The position numbers and the translations under genes are program-made. Shown here piece by piece: positions 22,055 through 32,536 of a stretch of 64,000 bases of DNA. The stretch's first letter is position 1; each line of letters begins with the position of its first letter. Below the pieces are notes generated by a model. The model did not search any database. It saw only the letters and a list, made by a program, of their open reading frames with translations, and had not been told where the DNA came from. This stretch comes from an uncultured Chryseobacterium sp. (lineage in GTDB: Bacteria; Bacteroidota; Bacteroidia; Flavobacteriales; Weeksellaceae): NCBI GenBank assembly GCA_913778505.1, contig CAJYWD010000046.1, positions 10,566-74,565 of the forward strand. The letters are read 5' to 3'.

Positions 22055-23665
22055 TTATTCCGAACTTTTATTCACTCTGAAAAAATCAACATCTACAAAA
22101 CCTCCCAGATTTTTGGTAGCATAATTGAAAATCGCAAACTTTGAACCCATAAAAAATCTCCGGTAATCGAAAATCATTTTGTAATCTTTTGCCATTTCGG
22201 TCCAGTTTTTTTGGTCGGTGCTGTAATAAAAATCGGCCAAATCTTTTCCGAGATTAAAATCGGCATCAATTTTAAAATAAATTTTGTCCGAGTTTAATGG
22301 GATTCTCTTTTTTTCTTCTTTTTTAACACCTGTAACCGCCTTAGTTTTATTATCTAAACTGACTTCATCGGTTGAGAATACCACGTACTTTTTGCCACCT
22401 TCCATAATGACTGACAAGATTCCGGAATCTCCGTTGAATGCACTGAACCCAGCCACATCACCGTCTTTCATTCCTTTTACATCCACGGCTACTACTCCGC
22501 TGGATTTCGGGCCTTCCATTCTCTGCGTCAATGTATTCGGTGCAAGGTAAAGGTTGTTCACTACCCTGCTGGTTTTCAGTCTTAAAAAGCCTTTTCGATC
22601 AGATAAGGACCAGGCTTCATTCACCGGATTGTGGTTCCACTGCCACTGGATTTTCATTTTATTATCGGAGAATTCATCACTTTCCACCAGATGGTTTTTC
22701 GGCTTGAACGGCGGAAGCGGAACCTCTCCTTTCAAAGGGACTTTTCCGTTGTCACCTAACACCGGCCAGCCGTCTTCCCATTTCACGGGAAGTAAAACAG
22801 GAACCCGTCCTACGCCGTTTCTGTCCTGAAAGATCAGGGAATACCAGTTGCCGTTTTTATCATCAATGAGAGCACCTTGCCCTACATAGGAAAATCCTAA
22901 AAAATTGTCTTCAAGCACGACTTTCTTCTCAAAAGGCCCGGTTACTTGATCCGCCCGGTACACTTCCTGACGACGCTTCCCGCCTCTTGGCCAGGAAATC
23001 ATCATCATGTAATATTTTCCGTCTTTTTTAATTATCTGGTTGCCTTCCAAAAGTCCTGTTTCAGATTCATCTCTCTGAAAAACCTCTGTACCGTCCTGAT
23101 TCCCGATGATGGTTTTAAAATCCGGGCTCAGCTCAAAAACTTTGTTGGAAGTAAAAACGTAAACTCTATCATCATCATCGAAAAGCAAAGATGCATCGTG
23201 AAAATGTCTGGTTCTGGTCAACAGCTTCCAGTTTCCTTTTTCGGGATTTTCGGTGACATAGAAATAGGATCTGAAAGGTTCGTCATTCGGGGAAAACAGA
23301 ACATAATATTTTCCTTTGTGATACCGGATGGACGATGCCCATTGTCCACGCCCGTAGACGGTTCCGTTCAGCAGATCGTATTTGGAATTGTCATTCAGAG
23401 TTTGAAAAACGTAGCTAGACATTTCCCAGTGCACCAGGTCTCTGGAATGCATTATCGGAGCACCCGGCATGAGGTGCATCGTGGTACTGATGAGATAAAA
23501 ATCGTCACCTTTCCGGGTAATGGATAAATCCGGGGCATCTGCCCAGATGATGGGATTGGTAAATGCCGTCGTTGCCCTCTGAAAAGGGTTTATCTGGGCC
23601 GAAAGTGAATTCAGCCCGATAAATCCCAAAAAAGAAACTATATAAAATGATTTTTTACTATTCAA
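22055..23665 (-). CDS. GH43 beta-xylosidase/arabinofuranosidase with C-terminal beta-sandwich (TTG start)
   Basis: 536 aa; NPIIWADAPDLSI, STTMHLMPGAPI, GQWASSIRYH, HDASLLFDDD, LLEGNQ, QGALID, WQWNHNP. Confidence 0.9.
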   Translation of the reverse strand: MNSKKSFYIVSFLGFIGLNSLSAQINPFQRATTAFTNPIIWADAPDLSITRKGDDFYLISTTMHLMPGAPIMHSRDLVHWEMSSYVFQTLNDNSKYDLLNGTVYGRGQWASSIRYHKGKYYVLFSPNDEPFRSYFYVTENPEKGNWKLLTRTRHFHDASLLFDDDDRVYVFTSNKVFELSPDFKTIIGNQDGTEVFQRDESETGLLEGNQIIKKDGKYYMMMISWPRGGKRRQEVYRADQVTGPFEKKVVLEDNFLGFSYVGQGALIDDKNGNWYSLIFQDRNGVGRVPVLLPVKWEDGWPVLGDNGKVPLKGEVPLPPFKPKNHLVESDEFSDNKMKIQWQWNHNPVNEAWSLSDRKGFLRLKTSRVVNNLYLAPNTLTQRMEGPKSSGVVAVDVKGMKDGDVAGFSAFNGDSGILSVIMEGGKKYVVFSTDEVSLDNKTKAVTGVKKEEKKRIPLNSDKIYFKIDADFNLGKDLADFYYSTDQKNWTEMAKDYKMIFDYRRFFMGSKFAIFNYATKNLGGFVDVDFFRVNKSSE

Positions 23666-23836
23666 GATTTGAAAATTTTATTTTTAAACGCAATGCCCGC
23701 AAAGATTTTTTGACTACTAATTGCTTTTAAATTCGCAAAGGCATAAACTCAGCAAAGCAATGTATCAATTTATTGCATCAATTTTGACTGATTATCGATT
23801 TATGCTTATTATCGGCTTAGCGCAATCTTGTTTTAT

Positions 23837-23898
23837 TTGGGCTAAAGCCAAATGAATGCTATCTCTTTAAAAACGGGCTAAAGCCCGTTCCTATTGAT
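23837..23898. repeat. GGCTAAAGCC doublet element
   Basis: ttgggctaaagccaaa ... aacgggctaaagcccgttcctattgat; interrupted homolog at 25738-25843. Confidence 0.75.
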
Positions 23899-23918
23899 GT
23901 CAATAACAAATTTCACTA

Positions 23919-25637
23919 TTAATTCGGCACAATATCGTTGGACGATGTACTGTACAGACCGATTAAGCTTCCGGTGAAACCACCTGCTACATCGGTAGAT
24001 AGGATGTCTCCGGAAACCGGTCCGCCCAGGTTTTTAAAGCTTTTCCCGTCCACGGTATAGTTGAAGCTGAGGTTATCATTCTCCCCTACTACCTGCAGTC
24101 TGATGGTTTTTGACAACGAAATCTTCTCACTGGCAACCAGTTTGGAGGCTCCTTTTTCGGTTCTTTCGAGAACAATATAATAATCTTTGTCTTTTTTCGT
24201 AATTCCGAAGACATAGTTGAACCTTTCGCTTTGGTAGCAGGTAATTCCGGCCAGTTCCTTTTCAGATTTCGGTTTGAAATCCAGGGTTACGGACGTTTCA
24301 AAATCTTCATGCTGCAGCCTGTGGAACAAGGCGGATACCGGAGCCAAAGCTTTGATATTCGTATCCATCGGATTTACTTTTACCCCGTTTTTCGTGGAAG
24401 TAATAAAGTTTTCACGCGGTCCGCGCATAGCGATCCAGCGGAAATCCAGGTTTTTATCGGTCAGCTTATCGTTGTAGGTAAAGTTTCCGTTCGGGAAAAA
24501 TCCGTTTTGTCCGGTCTTATTCTCGGTTCCTGCCGGCAATTTCAATGTCGGCTTCATCGGTACCAATCCGTTCTGGAATACGGGATACGTTCCGCTCCAG
24601 TCCACCGGAAGCAGGAAGGTTTCCCGGCCTTTGTTCACGCGGTTATTGACATTAGGACGAATGGCCAGAAATACGCCGTACCATTGTCCGTTCGGTCCTT
24701 CCACCAAGTCGGCGTGGCCTGCCCAGTCCACTTTTTCCTTACGGTCTTTCGGGAAGTAACGCTGTGTCAGGATCGGGTTGTTCTTTGCCGGAACAAAAGG
24801 TCCTTTTGGGGAATCGGCCATGAAGATCACTTCGCTGTGCCATCCGCCGGTACCGCCTTCCGCACACATCAGGTAATATTTTCCTTTGTATTTGTATAAA
24901 TGCGGCCCTTCGATCCAGATCGGTTTCTGAGTAATATCGACACCGGCATTAACAATAATCCTATCGGATCCTGCTACCACCTGGTCTTTTTCCAGATCGT
25001 AATCCCACATTTTGATGACGCGGTGCCCCTGATACAGCTCGGTTCCTTTCGGCGGCGCATCGTTGTGGACGATATAGGCTTTTCCGTCGTCGTCAAAGAA
25101 GATCGCAGGATCGATCCCGTCGAAATTCAGCTTCTGAACTTCGCTCCAGCCTTTTGCCGGGTCTTTGGTTTTTACGACCATATTTCCGACTCCTCCCGCG
25201 ATCTGCGTAGTGATCATATAGAACGTGTCGTTGTATTTGTTATACTTAATGTCCGGTGCATAAATTCCCTGCGATACTCCACCTTTTTCTACTTTCAACT
25301 GTGAAGGCCTGTCCAGCACATGGCCCACCTGCTTCCAGTTAACCATATCTTTAGATGTAAAAATCGGAACTCCAGGAAACATGGAGAATGAGGAATTCAC
25401 CAGGTAATAGTCGTCTCCTTTTTTGGTGATGCTCGGATCCGGATAACAACCCTGAAGGATCGGCGAGTAGAATTCATCCGGCTTCAGCGGATTGTCGTTG
25501 TATATTTTATCGTTTCCACGGTAGTTGAAATCGGAAAAGGTCTGGGCAGAAATGTTGCTCACGCTTAAGAACGCTGCTGCCGTCAGCAGGGTCAATCTGT
25601 TCTTTAAAAAATTCGGATTCATGGGTCTCTTTTTCAT
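23919..25637 (-). CDS. GH43 arabinofuranosidase/xylosidase with C-terminal beta-sandwich
   Basis: 572 aa; PILQGCYPDPSI, NSSFSMFPGVPI, GIYAPDI, GIDPAIFFDDDG, WIEGPH, AEGGTG, AGHADLV, GGFTG. Confidence 0.9.
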   Translation of the reverse strand: MKKRPMNPNFLKNRLTLLTAAAFLSVSNISAQTFSDFNYRGNDKIYNDNPLKPDEFYSPILQGCYPDPSITKKGDDYYLVNSSFSMFPGVPIFTSKDMVNWKQVGHVLDRPSQLKVEKGGVSQGIYAPDIKYNKYNDTFYMITTQIAGGVGNMVVKTKDPAKGWSEVQKLNFDGIDPAIFFDDDGKAYIVHNDAPPKGTELYQGHRVIKMWDYDLEKDQVVAGSDRIIVNAGVDITQKPIWIEGPHLYKYKGKYYLMCAEGGTGGWHSEVIFMADSPKGPFVPAKNNPILTQRYFPKDRKEKVDWAGHADLVEGPNGQWYGVFLAIRPNVNNRVNKGRETFLLPVDWSGTYPVFQNGLVPMKPTLKLPAGTENKTGQNGFFPNGNFTYNDKLTDKNLDFRWIAMRGPRENFITSTKNGVKVNPMDTNIKALAPVSALFHRLQHEDFETSVTLDFKPKSEKELAGITCYQSERFNYVFGITKKDKDYYIVLERTEKGASKLVASEKISLSKTIRLQVVGENDNLSFNYTVDGKSFKNLGGPVSGDILSTDVAGGFTGSLIGLYSTSSNDIVPN

Positions 25638-25737
25638 ATATAAATTTCTTATTTTTTTCTTATAATATTTTTAATAGGATTTCGTCCTATTCTGGTTTAA
25701 GCCGTCCCTTCGGGACTATGATTAATATTATTTAAAT

Positions 25738-25843
25738 TTGGCTAAAGCCAATTGCTACATTGATCTTTGTGAACGGGCTTCCTTCCCTTCGTCAAGCTCA
25801 CGATAAACTCAAGCTCAGGATGACATTGTCCGTTCCTACTGAT
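25738..25843. repeat. GGCTAAAGCC element whose second hairpin is split by a CTTCGTCAAGCTCA...AAGCTCAGGATGACA insert
   Basis: ttggctaaagccaa...aacgggct[tccttcccttcgtcaagctcacgataaactcaagctcaggatgacatt]gtccgttcctactgat versus the uninterrupted form at 23872-23898. Confidence 0.75.
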
Positions 25844-28305
25844 TATTTAAATTTTAATTTATAAATTTTTCCGGCTTCGGTCGGGAAATCGTAAATCACA
25901 TGGTTTTTAATTTCAATGGGATTCAGTTTTGCCTCTTTTGAGATCAACGGTATTTTTATTTCCGGGGTATCAAAAAAGGGATTCAGGTTTTTACCTTCTG
26001 CTTTTTTTAGCTTTATGTTTCCGGTGAGCTGCATTTCGTTAGGTGTTCTCAGTCTACAGTTTCCGCCTAAATTTGATTTTATGATGACTTCTTTCGCTTT
26101 ATTATTTTCCCAAATCATATCGATTTCAAAACCTCCGTACGTTTTCAGTCCGGAAATATGGCCGTTTTTCCATTCGTCGGGAAGGGCCGGAAGAATGTCG
26201 ATGAAACCATTTTGGGTTTGCAAAAGCATTTCGGTGATTCCCGAAGTGCAGCCAAAGTTTCCATCGATCTGGAACGGCGGATGGGCATCGAACAGATTCG
26301 GATACGTTCCGCCTTTGCTTCCCCAGCCGTCTTTTTCCACCAAAGTTAATTGGTCTTTGATTAATTTATTAGCATGATTTCCGTCGAGCAGTTTTGCCCA
26401 GAGATTCACTTTCCATCCCATCGACCAGCCGGTGGAAACGTCGCCGCGATGGATGAGAACGGTTTTTGCTGCGTCTGTCAGTTCCGGTGTGGTGAACGGG
26501 TTAATTTGATTGGACGGAAATAATCCGTACAGATGAGAAACGTGGCGGTGGTTGTCTTTCGGGTCGTCCCAATCACCCATCCATTCCTGTAGTTGTCCGT
26601 ATCTTCCGATCTGCATCGGCGGTAATTTTGAAATGATGGTGTTCCAAACCGGAATTTTGTCATCATCCATATGAAGAAGCTGTGCTGCTTTCCTGGTTTT
26701 GGTGAACAGATCGAAGATCAACTGGTTATCCATGGTATTGCCTGCTGCCAAGGCACTTCCCTGATGACCATGCGGAATGTTTTCGGGAGACATCGATGGA
26801 CTCACAACCAGCCAATGATGCGTCGGTTCTTCTATCAGAAAATCTTCATAGAATTGAGCGGCAGATTTCAGAACCGGATAGACCGATCTGAGGTAATTCA
26901 GATCCCCGCTGTACAGGTATTTGTCCCACAGGTGCTGGGAAAGCCAGGCTCCGCCCACTGGCCACATTCCGGCATTGGCAAAATCCACTACTCCAGTAAT
27001 TCTCCAGAGGTCGGTGTTATGATGAGCGACCCAGCCGCGGCTGTTGTACATGGTTTTTGCCGTTTCCTTTCCGGATTCGCTCAGGTCTTCTACCATTTGG
27101 ATCAGCGGTTCGTGCATTTCCGGAAGATTCGTTTTTTCAGCCGGCCAGTAATTCATTTCCGTGTTGATGTTGATGGTGTATTTGCTGTCCCACGCCGGTT
27201 TGTTGGAATTGTTCCAGATACCCTGGAGATTGGCGGGCTGACCGCCCGGCTGTGATGAGGAAATCAGCAAATAACGTCCGAATTGGTAGTACAATGCAAT
27301 CAGCTCAGGATCGTAAGATGTGGCAAAATTTTTAATCCTGATATCGGTGGGATTTTTTGCCGCATCGGAAGTGCCTAAATCTAAATTAACTCTTTTAAAA
27401 TAGCTCTGATAGGTATTCAGATGATTTTTAAGTAAAGTGTTGAAGCTTTTAGGTTCTGCTTCCGAAATGTATTTTTTGCTTTTTAAAACTTCGTTGGTGT
27501 TTAAAGTTTTGTAATCGGTAAAATTGGTTGCAATGGAAATCAGAATGGTGATCTCACTGGCGTTGCTTACGGCAATACTGTTTTCTGAAACTTCCGTTTT
27601 GCCATCTTTATTAAGGATTTTTGCAATTGCACTGAATCTGACTTGTCCCTGAACGCCGTCTAAAGTTGAAGACAAACCGTCCATTTGCAATGTATTAGTA
27701 TCAATTGCTTTGCTATTTTTTTTGAGTTCGCTGTTGAATTGAGCTGAAAAACTCAGTGTATTTTTTTTGTCTGAACTTAATTTAATTACAATTACATTAT
27801 CAGGAATCGAAGCGAAAACTTCTCTTTTAAAATTGATCCCATTGGCTGAGAAAGTGGTTGTTGTAATTGCTTTTTCAATATCTAATTCTCTGTAGTAATT
27901 TTTAAAATCACTACTATTTTTAAAATCAAGAATTAAATCACCAATATTCTGGAAGGCTGAACCGTGAAGGGTTTTTGCCGTTAAACCTTTATCCGCAAGA
28001 ATCTGGGCACGTTTGTAATTTCCGTTAGAAAGGTAATATCTGATAGAATCCAGGACTTTAGGACCATCCGGATTGTCGTTGCGGGAAGGACCGCCGGACC
28101 AGAAAGTGCTTTCATTAAGCTGAAGCTTTTCTTTAAGAGGATCTCCGAAAACCATTGCTGCCAGCCTACCGTTTCCAATGGGCAATGCTTCCACCCACTG
28201 TTTGGCAGGCTTGTCATACCACAGCTTGTATTTTCCTCCTTTCTGAGCAAAGGAAAATCCGCTTATAAGTAGACAGAGGATAAATATGCAATGTTTGGGT
28301 TTCAT
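25843..28305 (-). CDS. GH95 alpha-L-fucosidase / alpha-L-galactosidase
   Basis: 820 aa; LWYDKPA..W.EALPIGNGRL, LQLNESTFWSGGP, YQFGRYLLISSS, ANLQGIWN, YTININTEMNYW, HRHVSHLY, HPPFQIDGNFG. Confidence 0.93.
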   Translation of the reverse strand: MKPKHCIFILCLLISGFSFAQKGGKYKLWYDKPAKQWVEALPIGNGRLAAMVFGDPLKEKLQLNESTFWSGGPSRNDNPDGPKVLDSIRYYLSNGNYKRAQILADKGLTAKTLHGSAFQNIGDLILDFKNSSDFKNYYRELDIEKAITTTTFSANGINFKREVFASIPDNVIVIKLSSDKKNTLSFSAQFNSELKKNSKAIDTNTLQMDGLSSTLDGVQGQVRFSAIAKILNKDGKTEVSENSIAVSNASEITILISIATNFTDYKTLNTNEVLKSKKYISEAEPKSFNTLLKNHLNTYQSYFKRVNLDLGTSDAAKNPTDIRIKNFATSYDPELIALYYQFGRYLLISSSQPGGQPANLQGIWNNSNKPAWDSKYTININTEMNYWPAEKTNLPEMHEPLIQMVEDLSESGKETAKTMYNSRGWVAHHNTDLWRITGVVDFANAGMWPVGGAWLSQHLWDKYLYSGDLNYLRSVYPVLKSAAQFYEDFLIEEPTHHWLVVSPSMSPENIPHGHQGSALAAGNTMDNQLIFDLFTKTRKAAQLLHMDDDKIPVWNTIISKLPPMQIGRYGQLQEWMGDWDDPKDNHRHVSHLYGLFPSNQINPFTTPELTDAAKTVLIHRGDVSTGWSMGWKVNLWAKLLDGNHANKLIKDQLTLVEKDGWGSKGGTYPNLFDAHPPFQIDGNFGCTSGITEMLLQTQNGFIDILPALPDEWKNGHISGLKTYGGFEIDMIWENNKAKEVIIKSNLGGNCRLRTPNEMQLTGNIKLKKAEGKNLNPFFDTPEIKIPLISKEAKLNPIEIKNHVIYDFPTEAGKIYKLKFK

Positions 28306-28380
28306 TAATTTTTATTTTGTCTGTTAAACTTAACAGTTTCTTTTTAGGCATCATCATCTGCGTATTGACAAACAAAATTT

Positions 28381-28417
28381 AAAAAACGAGACCTCAACGT
28401 GTTATAGTCAAGGTCTC
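28381..28417 (-). terminator. Intrinsic terminator after the SDR gene
   Basis: GAGACCT/AGGTCTC stem followed on the minus strand by GTTTTTT. Confidence 0.55.
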
Positions 28418-28451
28418 TCTAACTATATATGAAGAAAAATAACAAACTTTG

Positions 28452-29267
28452 TTAAACGCCGCTAAAGGCGCTGAAACCTCCGTCTACCGGCAATAAGGCA
28501 CCGGTAATGAAGCTTGCGGCTTCGGAACACAGGAACTGTACGGCTCCGTTGAGCTCTTCCACTTCTCCGAAACGCTGCATCGGGGTTTTGGCGATTACTT
28601 TTTTACTTCTGTCGGTTAACGAACCATCCGGATTCAGGAGAATCGCACGGTTCTGATCGCCGATGAAGAATCCCGGTGCTACAGCATTAACACGGATTTT
28701 ATCTCCGAATTTTAAAGCTACATCAGAAGCCAGCCATTGTGTGAAGTTGGTGATCGCTGATTTTGCGGCCGAATATCCTGCTACTCTGGTGATCGCTGAA
28801 TAGGCTGCCATGGAAGAGATATTGACGATGCTACCGCTTCCCTGTTCTGCCATTGCTTTTCCGAAGACAAAGCTCGGATAAACGGTTCCGTTGATATTGA
28901 GATCGGTAACTTCATCCCATCCTTTCATATTCATATCGAAGAATGACTGGTCGGGAGATAAAGTTGCAGTGGGAATGTTTCCGCCTGCAATATTTAGCAG
29001 AATATCGATCCTTCCATATTTCTCGGTAATTTTTTTTGAAGCCGCTTCAAGACTTTCAATGTCCATCACATTAGCTTCAACGGCAAAAGCATCGCCGCCG
29101 AGGTCCGTCCATTCTTTTATACAGGCATCCAGTTTTTCCTGGTTTCTGCCTAACGCCACTACTTTTGCTCCTGCTGCAAGGAAACTCTTGGCAAGACTTC
29201 CTCCCAGAACACCGGAAGCTCCTGTAATAACGGCTATTTTATCTTTTATGCTGAATATTTCGTTCAT
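28452..29267 (-). CDS. SDR oxidoreductase, probable D-mannonate (fructuronate) oxidoreductase, UxuB-like
   Basis: ITGASGVLG, NIAGGN, NISSMAA, YSAAK, RVNAVAPGFF; directly downstream of uxuA. Start placed at MNEIFS (29267) because the longer N-terminus only translates a heptad repeat. Confidence 0.82.
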   Translation of the reverse strand: MNEIFSIKDKIAVITGASGVLGGSLAKSFLAAGAKVVALGRNQEKLDACIKEWTDLGGDAFAVEANVMDIESLEAASKKITEKYGRIDILLNIAGGNIPTATLSPDQSFFDMNMKGWDEVTDLNINGTVYPSFVFGKAMAEQGSGSIVNISSMAAYSAITRVAGYSAAKSAITNFTQWLASDVALKFGDKIRVNAVAPGFFIGDQNRAILLNPDGSLTDRSKKVIAKTPMQRFGEVEELNGAVQFLCSEAASFITGALLPVDGGFSAFSGV

Positions 29268-29272
29268 TTTTA

Positions 29273-29293
29273 TGATTGATAATTGATGATTGA
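29273..29293. repeat. Short 7-bp periodic array
   Basis: tgattga taattga tgattga between uxuA and the SDR gene. Confidence 0.5.
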
Positions 29294-29306
29294 TCAAAAA
29301 TGAGTG

Positions 29307-30485
29307 TTAATTTTGTCTGGCCATTTCGTTTTGAATGGCAGCCATTGCGCCTTCTATTTGTCCTAAAGCCAGCATTCGGCCTAAAAATGAGTAGCCCGGA
29401 TTGTAACCTTTATCAATATCTTCCGTTAACAGTCTTCCGTGGTCGATCCTCATTGGCAGATCCGGATGTTCTTTTTCGAATACGCGGATTACGTCAATCA
29501 GTTTTCCTCTTCCGCCCAAATGGTGGGCCTCGATGAAATCGCCGTTATCAAAAACATTGGTGCTTCTGAGGTGAACGAATTTCGTGCGGTGCGCAAACTT
29601 CTGCGCAAGTTTCGGAACATCATTGTTAAGGTTTGCGCTTAGTGATCCTGCGCAAAACGTCAGTCCGTTGTGAGGATTGTCTACGGCGTTTAAGAACCAG
29701 TCGATATCTTCCTCGTTGGTAACAATCCTTGGAAGGCCCAGTAAAGCGAAAGGCGGATCGTCAGGATGTACACACATCTGGATGCCCCATTCTTCACAAA
29801 CCGGCATTATTCTTTCCAGAAAATATTTCAGGTTTTCACGCAGCTGGTTTTTATCGATTCCATCGTACAAAGCCAATAAATTATTGAACTTTTCTACCGG
29901 GTTCAGATCGCCTTCTTTAATGTTTCCATTAACAAATCCCTGGGTTTTTACGATCACCGAATCGATCAGATGATTGTTGTCTTCTTCAGTGAGGGTATTT
30001 TTCAGTTCTTCTACTTTCTGAAGGATTTCCTGTGTATAATCGTTTTCCGCTCCTTTTCTTTTTAAGATATGGATCTCAAAATAAGCGAATTTGGCTTTGT
30101 CAAAATATAAGGATGACGAACCGTCTTCCCATGCATGAAAAAGGTCTGTCCTTGCCCAGTCGAGCACCGGCATAAAATTGTAACAAACTGTTGTTACACC
30201 AGCTTTGCCCAGGTTTTCGAGACTTGTGATGTAGTTTTCTATCAAAAAGTCGCGGTCTCCACCTCCATACTTGATCGCTTCGCTTACCGGCAGGCTTTCC
30301 ACCACAGACCAGCGAAGACCGTAACTTTCTATATAGTTTTTGTACTCATTCACCGCCTCCAGGCTCCAGACCTGCCCGTTGGGAATATCATGTAGTGCCG
30401 AAACAATTCCTTCGACCCCGATCTGACGGAGTGTCTCCAATGTTATTTTATCTTTTTTGCCAAACCAACGCCAGGTTTTTTCCAT
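29307..30485 (-). CDS. uxuA: Mannonate dehydratase
   Basis: 392 aa; MEKTWRWFG, WSVVESLPV, CYNFMPVLDWART, VHPDDPP, FCAGSL, FVHLR, MRIDHG, PGYSFLGR. Confidence 0.96.
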   Translation of the reverse strand: MEKTWRWFGKKDKITLETLRQIGVEGIVSALHDIPNGQVWSLEAVNEYKNYIESYGLRWSVVESLPVSEAIKYGGGDRDFLIENYITSLENLGKAGVTTVCYNFMPVLDWARTDLFHAWEDGSSSLYFDKAKFAYFEIHILKRKGAENDYTQEILQKVEELKNTLTEEDNNHLIDSVIVKTQGFVNGNIKEGDLNPVEKFNNLLALYDGIDKNQLRENLKYFLERIMPVCEEWGIQMCVHPDDPPFALLGLPRIVTNEEDIDWFLNAVDNPHNGLTFCAGSLSANLNNDVPKLAQKFAHRTKFVHLRSTNVFDNGDFIEAHHLGGRGKLIDVIRVFEKEHPDLPMRIDHGRLLTEDIDKGYNPGYSFLGRMLALGQIEGAMAAIQNEMARQN

Positions 30486-30507
30486 GATTTATAAAAAATT
30501 TAATTAA

Positions 30508-30542
30508 AACAAAGCAGGTGCAAAGGACACACCTACTTTGTT
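30508..30542 (-). terminator. Hairpin/terminator after susD
   Basis: 13-bp stem AACAAAGTAGGTG/CACCTGCTTTGTT with a G.U pair only on the minus strand. Confidence 0.65.
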
Positions 30543-30568
30543 CTTGATTGACATGAACTTAAAACTAA

Positions 30569-32524
30569 TTAATATCCAGGATTCTGGTATTTTGCTTTTT
30601 CGTCAGCAGACACCTCCATCGCATCCAATTGACTTTGAGGAATTGGTCTTAAATAATGAAACTTCTGGATATTTCTCGTTACTGTCTGTGGTGTATGATC
30701 AGTGTATGAAACACCACCAATCTGATAGGTTGCGCCATATTCTGCCCATTTCTGAGTACGAACCAAATCGTACCATCTGTAAAATTCTCCGTAGTATTCT
30801 CTTGAACGCTCTGCCAGTATGTAATCAATAGTGATCGTGGCTGGTGTTGCTGCCGTCATAGCTACACTGTTATCTGCAATCATAGGCGCATTTTGAGCAT
30901 TGTTGAATTTCCATTTTCCAGCTCTAGCCCTAATCACATTAATTAAGTCGCGAGCTGACATTGCTCCTGTAGCACCTTTAACAGCTGCTTCGGCGGCAAT
31001 AAAATAAAACTCCGAAAACTTCGCGACATTAAATGGGCGGGTTAGACCTGCATTAGGATAGCCTAGTCCATTAGGATCGTCGGTGCGATATGTTCCGATT
31101 TTCCAAAGTCCCGGATAGACGATCCTATTGATAGCACTTGGTGTTACAACCCAATCAGCTCTTCCTGGTAGTGTTCCGGCACCAACTCCACTTTGAACCG
31201 CCCCTATAGGGTATGTTACGGTCTGAGAATCATCAGTCAGAAATGTAAGGATAGCACCGCCCGGCTGTACAGGTAAATTATTAGCATTGTATAAAACCGG
31301 AACAGATGTAAGCCCTGTTCCATTCTTTTGCCAATTACCTCTATAAGTCGTAACAAAAGTACCATCATATCGTGAATCATTGGTTTTATCTGAGAAAGTA
31401 TTTTTTATAACCCCAATAGGTGGTGCCATACGTACCCACGGACGGCCAAGTGGCTGAGCAGCTTCCCGCTGCACAGAGCTTACCACGTCTGCACCTGTCC
31501 AAGCAGTAGTTTTGCTACTTTTGATGGCGGTGTAATTCCAAGTTTGCATCCAGGCAGCAAAATTATCCGGTGACCATCCTGATCCAAAGCCCACAGGATC
31601 ACTTTCATTATAATAAGTGCTTGAAACCGTATGATCTGCATACAGCATACATTCGCTATTTCTGTCATTGGAGCCGACATTGACATCATAGAATGTAGGT
31701 TGCAGTGAATATATACTTGGGTTTGATATTCCCGTCATCGCTATATCGTATGCCTGTTGGAAGTACCACTGTGCTGTTTTGCCATTTGGATCAGTTCTCG
31801 GAGTTTCTGGATAGGTTGGAATGTTATTAGGATTTTGCAACCACCAACCATAAGTCAAATATGCTTTGGCTAGAAATAACCTGGCGACATTCTTCGTAAC
31901 GCCACCCGTTACACGAGGTGATGCCGGTAGATTCTCAACCGCTTTGAGCAAATCTGGAAAAATGGCTTTTGTATACACTTCAGTTACTGTATTTCTGACA
32001 GAAGTTGTAACAGGTAATGTATTGAACTTCAATTCACCAGCGCCCAAATCCAATGGAACTCCTCCATAAGTCTGAACTAAAATGAAATAGTCAAATCCTC
32101 TAAAAAACCTTGCTTCAGAAATCATTGATTCGGCAATCCCGAAACCAGGGCCTTTCTCAATAATACCGTTCGCAGTATTGATGTATGGAAATACCGACCC
32201 CCAAACCATACTCGTCGGAAAAGTATTGGAATTAATATTTCCCTGTCCGGACATATCTAATTCTTTGAAATTACCATCCGCACTTTGCCCCCAAGTAGAT
32301 TCATCGGTTCCATTCTGGCAGTTGCTCATAAAATAGCCATTGCCATAAAGCGTACGTAATTGTCTGTATAAGGAAGTAAAACTTTGATTGATGCCGTCCG
32401 CAGTACTAAAGTAATCTACAGTATAAACTGATCTTGGCTGCTCATCTAGAATCTCGTTACATCCTGTAAGTGTTAGTGATAAAAAGACAGATCCTAAAAT
32501 CACTTTTCTATTTAATTTTATCAT
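30569..32524 (-). CDS. susD: SusD/RagB-family glycan-binding lipoprotein
   Basis: 651 aa; lipobox SLTLTGC; EARFFRGFDYF.LV..YGGVPL, ILAERSREYYGEFYRWYDLVRT, YLRPIPQSQ, QNPGY end. Confidence 0.93.
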   Translation of the reverse strand: MIKLNRKVILGSVFLSLTLTGCNEILDEQPRSVYTVDYFSTADGINQSFTSLYRQLRTLYGNGYFMSNCQNGTDESTWGQSADGNFKELDMSGQGNINSNTFPTSMVWGSVFPYINTANGIIEKGPGFGIAESMISEARFFRGFDYFILVQTYGGVPLDLGAGELKFNTLPVTTSVRNTVTEVYTKAIFPDLLKAVENLPASPRVTGGVTKNVARLFLAKAYLTYGWWLQNPNNIPTYPETPRTDPNGKTAQWYFQQAYDIAMTGISNPSIYSLQPTFYDVNVGSNDRNSECMLYADHTVSSTYYNESDPVGFGSGWSPDNFAAWMQTWNYTAIKSSKTTAWTGADVVSSVQREAAQPLGRPWVRMAPPIGVIKNTFSDKTNDSRYDGTFVTTYRGNWQKNGTGLTSVPVLYNANNLPVQPGGAILTFLTDDSQTVTYPIGAVQSGVGAGTLPGRADWVVTPSAINRIVYPGLWKIGTYRTDDPNGLGYPNAGLTRPFNVAKFSEFYFIAAEAAVKGATGAMSARDLINVIRARAGKWKFNNAQNAPMIADNSVAMTAATPATITIDYILAERSREYYGEFYRWYDLVRTQKWAEYGATYQIGGVSYTDHTPQTVTRNIQKFHYLRPIPQSQLDAMEVSADEKAKYQNPGY

Positions 32525-32536
32525 TGTTTCAGAATT

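Noticed and set aside
28321-28336. CTGTTA-aact-TAACAG palindrome before GH95
   Set aside because: GT-N8-AC spacing does not fit the operator, and a single 6-bp dyad in AT-rich DNA may be chance.
29268-29297. N-terminal extension MINHQLSIIK of the SDR; likewise the longer starts for xylA (36921), yeeE2 (46858), the receptor (50102) and the HExxH gene (55634)
   Set aside because: They translate a heptad repeat, overlap neighbours or lie upstream of the promoter box; downstream ATGs give typical lengths or signal peptides.
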